Positions 49,707-58,273 of a stretch of 64,000 bases of DNA are shown here, in pieces. Under the pieces are notes generated by a model. That model searched no databases and was not told the DNA's origin. It was given only the letters and a program-made list of their open reading frames with translations. Both the position numbers and the translations under genes were made by a program. How positions within the stretch are numbered: position 1 is the first letter of the stretch; each line of letters begins with the position of its first letter. This DNA comes from Candidatus Poribacteria bacterium (GTDB taxonomy: Bacteria > Poribacteria > WGA-4E > PCPOR2b): contig OZ244042.1 of NCBI GenBank assembly GCA_965215015.1, forward strand, positions 4,000,001 to 4,064,000, read 5' to 3'.

Positions 49707-50384
49707 TTAGGCATTTTTACTTTCGCCCATCTTGGCTTTCAAGGCTGCCAGGTCATCGTCCACATTCCCCGTCTCAAGGGCAGCAAATTCCTCCTCAAGC
49801 GGGTCACGGCTTAATTCAGACATCTCCGAGGCGGCGTCAGCTCGCGCTTCCATATCTCCAACTTTCTGCTCCATGCGATCGAAGGTTGCAAAAGCACTAT
49901 TATCCTTCATACCTGCCATTGTTTCATGGATTGCTTTCTGCGCCTTCGCCCGTTTTTGTCGCGCAATCAGCAGGTTTTTCTTACGGGCTGCTTCATCAAT
50001 TTTTCGCTCAAGGGTTCGGAGATTATCCTTGAGCATGGTAACGGCTTGCTTCTGCTTATCCCACTGTTCCTTATAACCCTGGGCAACACTCGCATGCTCA
50101 TTGCGCCGTGTCAATGCTTCCCGTGCAAGGTCTTCGTTCTCTCTCTGGAGGGCAATTGTCGCTTTCTGTTCCCAACCGTCTGCTTGCTCCTGCTCATTTT
50201 CATAGTCCTTTTGGAGCCGCTTTTCCTGTGCAATAGCGGTGGCAACTTGCTGTTTGACGTTTACCAGCTGCTCCTGCATCTCATTCGTTATCTGGTTCAA
50301 CATCTTTTCCGGATCTTCTGCTTGGTCCAACGCGGCATTCACATTGGATTTGAAGATGGTGGATATACGATTAAAAAATCCCAT
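49707..50384 (-). CDS. pspA: PspA/IM30 family protein
   Basis: MGFFNRI..I.KSNVNA.LD.AEDPEKML, EDLAREAL.R, FDRME.KV, L..LKAKM. Confidence 0.95.
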   Translation of the reverse strand: MGFFNRISTIFKSNVNAALDQAEDPEKMLNQITNEMQEQLVNVKQQVATAIAQEKRLQKDYENEQEQADGWEQKATIALQRENEDLAREALTRRNEHASVAQGYKEQWDKQKQAVTMLKDNLRTLERKIDEAARKKNLLIARQKRAKAQKAIHETMAGMKDNSAFATFDRMEQKVGDMEARADAASEMSELSRDPLEEEFAALETGNVDDDLAALKAKMGESKNA

Positions 50385-50543
50385 TTTATGCCTCCTAAGA
50401 ATATATAATATAGTGGTTAGTGTAGGTTCCGAAATTTAATCTGCTAAAACTGAAGTTCAATTATAACCGAAAATTTTGCCATTGCCAACCAAAAAATTAG
50501 GAATCTATGTCTGGCTTGATAAATGATACCTCCCTATTAGGTA

Positions 50544-52436
50544 TCATTCCAGCAAAATCATCTTCCGGGTATCGCTTTCCCCTTGGAATTCTAGGGTGTA
50601 GAAATAGGTGCCGCTTGCTGCGCGCTCACCGTCAAAATTGCGCCCATCCCAATAAGCGGCACGATGTTTGTCAGAATAATCTCCAGAAGCAAGTTTTCCG
50701 AGTTCAAGAAGGTTAATTAAGTGTCCATCAGCGTTGTAAACCCGAATGGTTACTTGACCGGGGGCTGCCAACTTAAAGGGCATCCACGTTTCCGCATTGA
50801 ACGGGTTAGGGTAATTCGGAAAAAGTTCGCCTTGTTTCAATATGCCCCAAGTCGTTGATAGCAGATTCGGAGCTAGATCGACCGCAATGGGTTTTGGAAA
50901 TCCCGTGTGTCCAAACTGATCGATTAATCTGTTATAGGCGGCTTGTGCACGAATAATGCCGTAACCGGCGATATTATCGGGCTTGTTCGATTGCGAAGCT
51001 GTCATGCGAAGCGCATTGACAATATCCTGCACCGTTGCAAGAGGAAAGGCTTGCATCAGCAACGCAACAACACCAGCAGCGAGAGGCGTCGCAGATGATG
51101 TGCCGCGATAGTCGCTAGAAAAGCCTCCACGCGTGGCTGGATTGATGCTTGTGACGCCTTCACCCATTGCCATCAAATCTGGTTTAATCCGTCGATCAAA
51201 CGTAGGGCCTCGTGAACTAAATGGTAACACCTGTCCATCGCGGTCCACAGCCCCGATTGCAAGAACGTCAAACCCATCTGCGGGGGGAGTAATTCGTCCT
51301 GGCAGTCCACACGCATCGTTTGGCGGCTGGGCACCAAGATTGCCAGCAGCGATAACGACAGGCAGCCCTTTTTGAACGGCGAGGTTTGCAGCAACCGTAA
51401 CTTTTGCGGTTTTCCCATCCAAGTCTGCGAAACGATACCAATCAAAATAACCGAGCGAACTGCTTACCAGATCTGCGCCCATCTCCTCAAGCCACTCAAC
51501 CCCCTCAATCCACCAGTCTTCTTCGATTTTCTCCTCAAACAGGAAACCATTCTGTGAAACTTTCTCCGTTTTTCCGAAGAGGTAGCGGGCCCGGGGGGCG
51601 ACACCGATGAGTTGACCTGGCGCGTCGCCAGCGAGGAGACCCAATATCACTGACCCGTGGTCATCCTGATTTGGATTATCCTGATCCACCTCATCGGCAG
51701 TATTAACGTCATTGTTGACAAAATCGCGTTGGGCAATAACATCTACACGCTCAAGGGCGGTATGTTCCAGATTGAACCCTGTATCCAGTAATCCGATAAC
51801 GATATTCTCCCCGAAAAATCCTTCTTGGTGTAGGAAATCTGCTTGGATTTGTGTAATTTGTGTCCGAGCGGCCCCGTAGTCCAGGGACTGGCCTGGGGAA
51901 GGGGCACTGGGGGACAACGAACCATCAACTGGAAACCTAACAGTCGCTGTGTACCGACGGATGGGATCAATGGCGCGGACACATGGCAGAAGGGCAATCG
52001 CACGAATCTCCTGTGCTGTTGTCTCCAACCCAATGCCATTTAGCCATCGGCTCTTACTGCGGAGTTTTCCTCCCAACCTAAGCACCATCTCAATATAGCG
52101 AGGTTCAATGGGCAAATCTGTGAAGTCCGGACGACTGAGATGTGTACGCAACTCGCGCCGACGCTTTGCCTGACTTGACATTTGGTCTTGATACTGATCT
52201 AACCCCCTTTGTAGGTCTGCCCTCGTCGAAATGCCTTTGTCAGCAAACAGCACCCACACCTTTAGCGTTTCACTAGGAGTATGAAAACGAATGGATGGGG
52301 AAATCTTAAGGTATGGGTTGGGATTCGCTATTGTAGGAGGGGCTGCCATGAATAAGAAGAATGTGAGAATAGAATAAATTAATTGGCAAAGTAGGATTCG
52401 CCGCAGATTCCTAGATTCTTGGGTGCCTATATCCAT
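50544..52436 (-). CDS. S8 (subtilisin) serine peptidase with a FlgD/T9SS-like C-terminal domain
   Basis: LDTG, HGS, AAGN, GTSSATP triad motifs; C-terminal TTWGILK, NYPNPFN, YWDGRN..GE..ASGTYFY. Confidence 0.92.
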   Translation of the reverse strand: MDIGTQESRNLRRILLCQLIYSILTFFLFMAAPPTIANPNPYLKISPSIRFHTPSETLKVWVLFADKGISTRADLQRGLDQYQDQMSSQAKRRRELRTHLSRPDFTDLPIEPRYIEMVLRLGGKLRSKSRWLNGIGLETTAQEIRAIALLPCVRAIDPIRRYTATVRFPVDGSLSPSAPSPGQSLDYGAARTQITQIQADFLHQEGFFGENIVIGLLDTGFNLEHTALERVDVIAQRDFVNNDVNTADEVDQDNPNQDDHGSVILGLLAGDAPGQLIGVAPRARYLFGKTEKVSQNGFLFEEKIEEDWWIEGVEWLEEMGADLVSSSLGYFDWYRFADLDGKTAKVTVAANLAVQKGLPVVIAAGNLGAQPPNDACGLPGRITPPADGFDVLAIGAVDRDGQVLPFSSRGPTFDRRIKPDLMAMGEGVTSINPATRGGFSSDYRGTSSATPLAAGVVALLMQAFPLATVQDIVNALRMTASQSNKPDNIAGYGIIRAQAAYNRLIDQFGHTGFPKPIAVDLAPNLLSTTWGILKQGELFPNYPNPFNAETWMPFKLAAPGQVTIRVYNADGHLINLLELGKLASGDYSDKHRAAYWDGRNFDGERAASGTYFYTLEFQGESDTRKMILLE

Positions 52437-52760
52437 TGTTGTTTAAGGGAACATCTTTATGTCTGCTGCATCTACTTAACCCCCGATTCAGACAATTATT
52501 ATGAGGTCTTAAGGAATCTCTACAAGCGTTTAGCCTTTCGGTGCATCCCACGGCGAGGTTTCCCAAATTTTATTCTATCATATTTATCGGGGAAAAATCA
52601 ACAAAATTAACCCATTGGCCCCAAGCATAAATGCTTGGGCTTGCCTAGATGTTGGTCAAAACAGTGGCAACTCCCGGTAACATTCTTGGGTTATCAAAAT
52701 CTTCCAATCTAAAACCCCGTCATTCGTGGCGAATAAGCGTGTTATAAAGACAAAAAACTA

Positions 52761-52790
52761 TTGAATTCATAGGCAAACATAGTGTATACT
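52761..52790 (+). promoter_or_regulatory. Putative sigma-70 promoter directly upstream of element A
   Basis: TTGAAT-N18-TATACT; predicted +1 (~52796-52797) coincides with the first conserved base of the element. Confidence 0.5.
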
Positions 52791-52795
52791 TCTGC

Positions 52796-53106
52796 TGTCC
52801 ACGGGTTGAGAGGATGAAACATCGGACCCCCTCAATGCTCTCAGCTCTCAACTGCCCGTTGCATTGGGTTGCGTGAATGTGGAAAACACGAGATACCCCA
52901 AAAATATACGCTGAATTGGACTCACTCCTGTGAAAAACCGGTATTCCGATACGGCGTTAAGTTTTGACACAGCATGTGGCTTTGCAGTATCGGTCGCTCT
53001 CACCGGTTTCAGAGCGTTTCCGTAGGGCGCGATGGCCTACGCCGCCGGGTTTGCACGCTGCATTGCCCCCAAAAGAATCCCCGTCTTTAGTGCGGGGAAC
53101 GGTCAA
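52796..53106 (+). ncRNA. Element A: ORF-less structured element ending in an IS605/TnpB-type right end (candidate omegaRNA cassette)
   Basis: Three blocks shared with element B; ends GAATCCCCGTCTTTAGTGCGGGGAACGGTCAA, which resembles the ISDra2 right end GAATCACGCGACTTTAGTCGTGTGAGGTTCAA. Confidence 0.65.
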
Positions 53107-53118
53107 GCCCATAAAAAC

Positions 53119-53148
53119 TTGACACACATTTATTATCTGAAGTAGGAT
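53119..53148 (+). promoter_or_regulatory. Sigma-70 promoter of the TonB-dependent receptor
   Basis: TTGACA-N18-TAGGAT. Confidence 0.55.
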
Positions 53149-53295
53149 ATTTAGCCATCTTAACAGATACCCAGCAACGCGGGTTGCGATTGACAAGTAC
53201 CCAATTCCAGGTAAACGGACCTGTCAATTCTCCGCTGCTGGAGCAGTTCTCAAATACCTAACCTAACACCACCAACTTAGTTAAGGAGTTTAACC

Positions 53296-55893
53296 ATGTA
53301 TCAAACAGGAAAACCGATGCTAATTGCCTGTGCGTTTAGTGTTATTGTGTTACTTCTCGTCCTGTCCACTGCCGTGGCACAGGAATCAACTGAAGCAGAT
53401 ATGTCATCTGAAATGGAAGCTGAAGAAGAGGTTATCGAGCTCGAAGAACAGGTAGTGGTTGGTTCTCGTGGGAAACCGCGTTCTGTCATTGACTCAGCGG
53501 TGCCGATTGATGTTCTCAGCAGCGGTGAGTTCGTCAAGCAAGGAGGTACGGATTTACCGGACCTTCTGAGAAATATTGTTCCCTCTTACAACGTCAATGC
53601 ACAACCTATCAGCGATGCAGCAACCGTCGTGCGCCCTGCGAATTTGCGGGGATTGGCACCCGATCACACCTTGCTACTCGTTAACGGCAAGCGTCGTCAT
53701 CGCGCCTCCGTGATTTCTTGGCTCGGAAATGGATTGGCTGATGGTGCTCAAGGTGCAGATCTATCGCCTATTCCATCCATCGCACTGAAACAGATGGAGG
53801 TACTTCGAGACGGTGCCTCGGCGCAGTACGGGTCCGATGCCATCGCGGGCGTGATGAATTTGCAACTGAAAGATAGCTACAAAGGTGGTTCTTTGCAAAT
53901 CAAACCGGGGGTTTACCAAGCGGGTGATGGTCTATCATATTCTATTGCTGGTAACATCGGTTTAGGGCGAGAGGATCTCTGGACTAACCTCAGCTTGGAA
54001 TACGGTAACGCAGATGAGACGGACCGTTCCGTACAGCGAGATGATGCTGCCGCGCTCATCAAGGCAGGCAATAAAGATGTTGCAAATCCTGCCCAACCTT
54101 GGGGCCATCCGATTATAAGAAACGACCTTAAATTTTTTGGTAACTACGGCGCAGACCTTACTGATGAGATCGAGTTCTACGGGCATGCGAACTACGCACA
54201 GAAGGAGGTCGAAGGCGGGTTTTACTTCCGAAATCCTAATACCCGTGGTGCCGTATTTAGTAACGATGAGGGAGAAACCTTGCTTATCGGGCGTTTGGCA
54301 GGTGATGGGGATATTCCTGAGGTCAAGATAACCGATAATGTCCCAGATCCGGTCGCTTTGCAACAGGTCATTGATGACGAGAATCTTTTTACATTCCAAG
54401 AGATTTTTCCCGGTGGATTCACACCTCGCTTCGGTGCCAATACACAGGATGCTTCTCTCCTCGTTGGACTGAGAGGAACAGTCGCGGAGCAGCTCGGTTG
54501 GGATTTGAGTGGCTCTTACGGACGGCATGCCTCCGATTTCTTTATCAGGAATACCGTCAACGCTTCTCTGGGACCCGAGACCCCCACCGAATTTGATCCG
54601 GGCGATTATATTCAAGCAGATACCAACGTTAATCTTGACCTAACCTACCCACTACATGACATGGTATTCCTTGCTTCAGGAGTAGAATACCGAACAGAAA
54701 GGTTTGAAATTGTGCAGGGACAGGTTGAGTCTTGGGAAATCGGCCCGTTGGCTAGCCAAGGGTTTAGTTCGGGATCGAACGGTTTCCCCGGCTTCAGTGA
54801 TATTGCCGAAGGCACCTGGACTCGGTCTAACTTTGCTGGCTATTTGGAAACTGAGTTGAGGCCGCTTACTTTCTGGCTGGTAGGTGCTGCAGTCCGCGGT
54901 GAATACTTCGACGATTTCGGGAGCACACTCAACTATAAAGTTGCAACGAACTACGGGATAACCGACTCGCTAGCAGAGCTTCTGTCCATTGACTCTATTG
55001 TTAATCTGAGAGTGCGTGGAAGTTACAACACTGGGTTCAGGGCACCGACTCCTGGGCAACAAAACGCCTTTAACGTCACAACTGAATTCGGTGAAAACAA
55101 CACATTGATCAATAGAGGAACCATTCCGTCTACGCATGCTGCAGCGAGTCTGGTAGGTGGCAAGGCACTTGAGCCAGAAAAGTCAAAGAACTTCACTGTT
55201 GGAGCGGTTATCAGCCACAGTCTTGTCAGTCTTACTGTAGACTATTTCAACATCACGGTGGAGGATCGGTTGGCACCTTCCAGAGACTTCACTCGCGGCG
55301 AAGATATAACGGAGGAACAGATTCAGCAGCTGGTGGAGGAAGGTATCACGAGCGCGGCGAACCTTCAAGAGTTCCGATTTTTTACCAATGAGTTTGAAAC
55401 TAGCACCCAAGGTATCGATTTGGTTATCACGGCACCGATAGCGAGAGGTGCGCTGAGTCTCGCTTATAACTACACAGGAACCGAGGTGACCGAATGGAAC
55501 CCGGATATTTTGAACGATGTCCGTGTCAAACTCTTGGAGGAAGGCCTCCCCCGGCACCGCGGCAATGTAACTTTGACACAATCCATTCTCAATAATTTGG
55601 GGGTATTAGGGCGGGTCAATTATTATGGTCCGTGGTATGAGGATGCTGTAGGCGCACAAACCTATGGTAGCGCGTTTTTGGTGGATTTGGAAACGAACTA
55701 CGCAGTTGTCGAAAATGTGTCAGTCACGATGGGTGTTAGCAATGTTCTCAACGTGGAACCGGATAATGTTACCTCCTCTGATCCTGATATTGAAGACTTT
55801 ACTGCTGGAATCGTTGGCAGACCCTTTGGCGAGTACAGTCCATACGGATTTGGTGGTGCGTTCTGGTATGCCAAATGTAACTATAACTTTTAG
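53296..55893 (+). CDS. TonB-dependent receptor
   Basis: Signal peptide, TonB box EEQVVVGSR, plug LRGL.PDHTLLLVNGKRRH and EVLRDGASAQYGSDAIAGV.N, GFRAP, LEPEKS, C-terminal YNF. Confidence 0.95.
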   Translation: MYQTGKPMLIACAFSVIVLLLVLSTAVAQESTEADMSSEMEAEEEVIELEEQVVVGSRGKPRSVIDSAVPIDVLSSGEFVKQGGTDLPDLLRNIVPSYNVNAQPISDAATVVRPANLRGLAPDHTLLLVNGKRRHRASVISWLGNGLADGAQGADLSPIPSIALKQMEVLRDGASAQYGSDAIAGVMNLQLKDSYKGGSLQIKPGVYQAGDGLSYSIAGNIGLGREDLWTNLSLEYGNADETDRSVQRDDAAALIKAGNKDVANPAQPWGHPIIRNDLKFFGNYGADLTDEIEFYGHANYAQKEVEGGFYFRNPNTRGAVFSNDEGETLLIGRLAGDGDIPEVKITDNVPDPVALQQVIDDENLFTFQEIFPGGFTPRFGANTQDASLLVGLRGTVAEQLGWDLSGSYGRHASDFFIRNTVNASLGPETPTEFDPGDYIQADTNVNLDLTYPLHDMVFLASGVEYRTERFEIVQGQVESWEIGPLASQGFSSGSNGFPGFSDIAEGTWTRSNFAGYLETELRPLTFWLVGAAVRGEYFDDFGSTLNYKVATNYGITDSLAELLSIDSIVNLRVRGSYNTGFRAPTPGQQNAFNVTTEFGENNTLINRGTIPSTHAAASLVGGKALEPEKSKNFTVGAVISHSLVSLTVDYFNITVEDRLAPSRDFTRGEDITEEQIQQLVEEGITSAANLQEFRFFTNEFETSTQGIDLVITAPIARGALSLAYNYTGTEVTEWNPDILNDVRVKLLEEGLPRHRGNVTLTQSILNNLGVLGRVNYYGPWYEDAVGAQTYGSAFLVDLETNYAVVENVSVTMGVSNVLNVEPDNVTSSDPDIEDFTAGIVGRPFGEYSPYGFGGAFWYAKCNYNF

Positions 55894-55935
55894 GATTTTG
55901 TCAATGACAGCACGCGGAGGCGTGCCTACTACTAT

Positions 55936-56248
55936 TTGACGTACTCCCAACCCGAAAGGATTGGGATTCCTTTGAATGTCTCCCCGTCCTGGTTTCTTAG
56001 GGGTTACCGTATCTGGTATGGAGCTATTTTCCGGGCCTCGTGGGCGGTTCTTGCGTCAACTCAATAGGCAACACCGAGTGCAAACTCGGCGGCGCAAGCC
56101 ATTTGGCACCCTACGGAAACGTCTGAAACCGGTGAGACCGCCCGATATTGCAAACCCATCCCAATCCTAGACCACGTTTCCCGATGCGATGGGCAGTTGA
56201 GAGCATCGGCGAGGATGTCCGATGTTTTATCCTCTCGACCCGTGGACA
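55936..56248 (-). ncRNA. Element B: inverted paralog of element A
   Basis: Minus strand starts TGTCCACGGGTCGAGAGGATAAAACATCGGAC and ends GGAATCCCAATCCTTTCGGGTTGGGAGTACGTCAA. Confidence 0.65.
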
Positions 56249-56316
56249 CAACAAGTGAAACCCAACACTAATAATCAGCGGGTTGGTTGAATTAGGGGTG
56301 TTGGGTTTCACTTTTT

Positions 56317-56350
56317 TTGACGTACTCCACCCCCTGAAGGGTGGAGATTG
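56317..56350 (-). mobile_element. Solo IS605-type right-end hairpin
   Basis: Minus strand CAATCTCCACCCTTCAGGGGGTGGAGTACGTCAA; last 11 nt identical to the end of element B. Confidence 0.65.
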
Positions 56351-56494
56351 TTATCTGTTAGGGTATCGAATTTATGAGCACCCCTCATTTATGTGAGGGG
56401 TGTCCGTCATTCAAGGCCCGGCATCCAATGGGTTGGGAGCACAACTCCCTACGCATGGAGAGGTGTTAAGAAATAAATACATCAAAAGCTATTT

Positions 56495-56842
56495 AGGAGT
56501 TACGCACTTGAGTTTGTCGTAAGGTAATTCAACCCGCATCACGATAGACCATAAATTGCCCGATAGTAGTAGGCATAAGGGGTATGCCGTACCCCCTAAG
56601 CCCTCCCTCAGTCCCGAATATCCACACGGTATCTCTTCCCCCTGCTTGCGGGGGGACTAAGGGGGGTAGGCTCAATGAGCCAGGACCTGACGGACAACCC
56701 ACCGGATATTTAGCAGGGGGAGGGTACGCGGAGCGTGCCCACTCCTTTGGGATTCTCTGTCGCTGTCCGATTCATCGAGCAACGATGAACATTAGGCACC
56801 CTTTTCTGGTGTTGGCTTCGAGGGTTCAACGGCGTAAGCCCT
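56495..56842 (-). mobile_element. MITE with AGGACTTACGCA-type TIRs, copy 1
   Basis: Ends AGGAGTTACGCACTTGAGTTTGT and GGTTCAACGGCGTAAGCCCT; inverse match to the ends of 62182-62523. Confidence 0.7.
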
Positions 56843-56984
56843 ATCATAATAAAAACTGGGTGCAATGATTGAATAAATGTGCTAAACTCTTAGGTGTGGA
56901 TTTCCCTATACTCAATCTAATTGATAGAGGTGAACTCAACCCAAGGATTGATAACCGGACCTCGCTTAAGGGGGTTTGTAGCAA

Positions 56985-58235
56985 ATGTCAACTAAAAATA
57001 ACAAAGCCGAACCCCAAGCCCATCACCACGATGATTTACACACCCGTCTAGCCTTCCTGAAGTTCAGTCAACAGGACGAAGAGCATCTCAAAGCCCTCTC
57101 AGAAGTTTTTGCTCCCTACATTCCCGATATCGTGCGTAGTTTCTATCAACATCTACAAAAGTTTGAAGAAACCGCTTCGCTGCTGACCGACGAATTGATT
57201 ACAACGCGGTTACTCGATGCACAACAACACTATCTTGAGAGATTGACGGAAGGAAATTATGATCAACAGTATGCAGCGGAACGCTCCCAAATCGGATATG
57301 CCCACAATCGTGTTGGACTTGCACCGAGGTGGTATATTGGGACGTACAATTTGTATATCCATCTCCTTATCCCGTTGATATGTCAGGCGTACTGCGATGA
57401 ACCAGAGCGGGCTCAGAATGCTATCCTCGCCCTGACGAAGGTGCTGATGCTGGATATGCAACTAGCAATCGAAACGTATATCGAACGGCAGGAGTTGGAA
57501 GCAGAGATTATTCAATCCGAGAGATTCGCTGCAATCGGGCAACTGGCAGCCCGCGTCGCCCACGAGCTTCGCAACCCGCTATCTTCGGTGGAGCTGAATT
57601 TGGATTTGCTCGCCGATGAAGTCGCCGATGGTCCAGAGATGGATGTCGCAGAAGCGAAGGATTTGCTTAAATCTATTCACAATGAAGTCGAACGGTTGGC
57701 TAACATTGTCTCAGAATATCTAGTGTTTGCAAGATTGCCCCGTTTTGAATTTGAGCGTGAATCGCTCAATACTGTCATACAGACCTTTTGTAACTTTATT
57801 GAACCACAGCTGCAGCAAGCCCAAATCACCTTTGCGATAGAACTCGCTGAGAACTTGCCTTTTACCTTACTGGATGCCGAACAGATTCAATGTGTCTTGC
57901 ATAACTTGCTCAAAAACGCCATCGAAGCCATGTCTTCAGGTGGCGAATTTTCAATCCGCACTAGCGTTGAATCCTCTTGGATTGTGCTGCGAATTTCCGA
58001 CACCGGCGTGGGCATCCCGCTGCCGGATCAGAGACGAATCTTTGCTCCCTTTTTCACTACCAAGAAAGGGGGGACCGGTTTGGGACTTTCGCTTGCCGGG
58101 GAAATCATCAAGCATCATCAAGGGACAATTCTTTGTAAGAGTGTTGTTGGTCAGGGAACACAGTTTACTATCACGTTTCCAATACGGGACGAGGAACCGA
58201 GCGAAAGTGGAATAATGGAACAAGCCGCCACCTAG
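56985..58235 (+). CDS. Globin-coupled (protoglobin) sensor histidine kinase
   Basis: Globin sensor (FY..L, IG.AH.RVGL.PRWYIG.Y) fused to HisKA AHELRNPL and HATPase NLLKNA, DTGVG, FFTTK, GTGLGL; no TM helix. Confidence 0.92.
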   Translation: MSTKNNKAEPQAHHHDDLHTRLAFLKFSQQDEEHLKALSEVFAPYIPDIVRSFYQHLQKFEETASLLTDELITTRLLDAQQHYLERLTEGNYDQQYAAERSQIGYAHNRVGLAPRWYIGTYNLYIHLLIPLICQAYCDEPERAQNAILALTKVLMLDMQLAIETYIERQELEAEIIQSERFAAIGQLAARVAHELRNPLSSVELNLDLLADEVADGPEMDVAEAKDLLKSIHNEVERLANIVSEYLVFARLPRFEFERESLNTVIQTFCNFIEPQLQQAQITFAIELAENLPFTLLDAEQIQCVLHNLLKNAIEAMSSGGEFSIRTSVESSWIVLRISDTGVGIPLPDQRRIFAPFFTTKKGGTGLGLSLAGEIIKHHQGTILCKSVVGQGTQFTITFPIRDEEPSESGIMEQAAT

Positions 58236-58273
58236 ATCACCAAAATACATCACATGCTGGAGGGGCGATAATC

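Noticed and set aside
52796-53106. Cobalamin riboswitch upstream of the TonB-dependent receptor
   Set aside because: Only ACTGCCC resembles the consensus and there is no B12 box; a paralog lies downstream on the opposite strand, and a separate promoter sits between the element and the gene
53962-54615. 217-aa antisense ORF inside the receptor, and similar long shadow ORFs (39965-40699, 29226-29831, 61216-61854, 49466-50032)
   Set aside because: They lie antisense to well-supported genes and have no recognisable motifs; explained by codon bias
56075-56155. Hammerhead ribozyme or c-di-GMP-I riboswitch suggested by GCAA/GAAA loops on the + strand
   Set aside because: No CUGAUGA core or GEMM motif order; wobble patterns in this block favour the opposite strand. 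The 5' domain wobbles favour B+, so strand assignment is not fully settled
52796-56248. Composite IS605 transposon mobilising the receptor gene
   Set aside because: Peel-and-paste transposition needs a left and a right end on the same strand around the cargo; here two right ends face inward on opposite strands
56584-56868. ORFs 56584-56868 and 62221-62571 sharing the peptide PTGYLAGG/TTGYLAGG
   Set aside because: The similarity comes from the shared MITE internal module, not from protein-level selection
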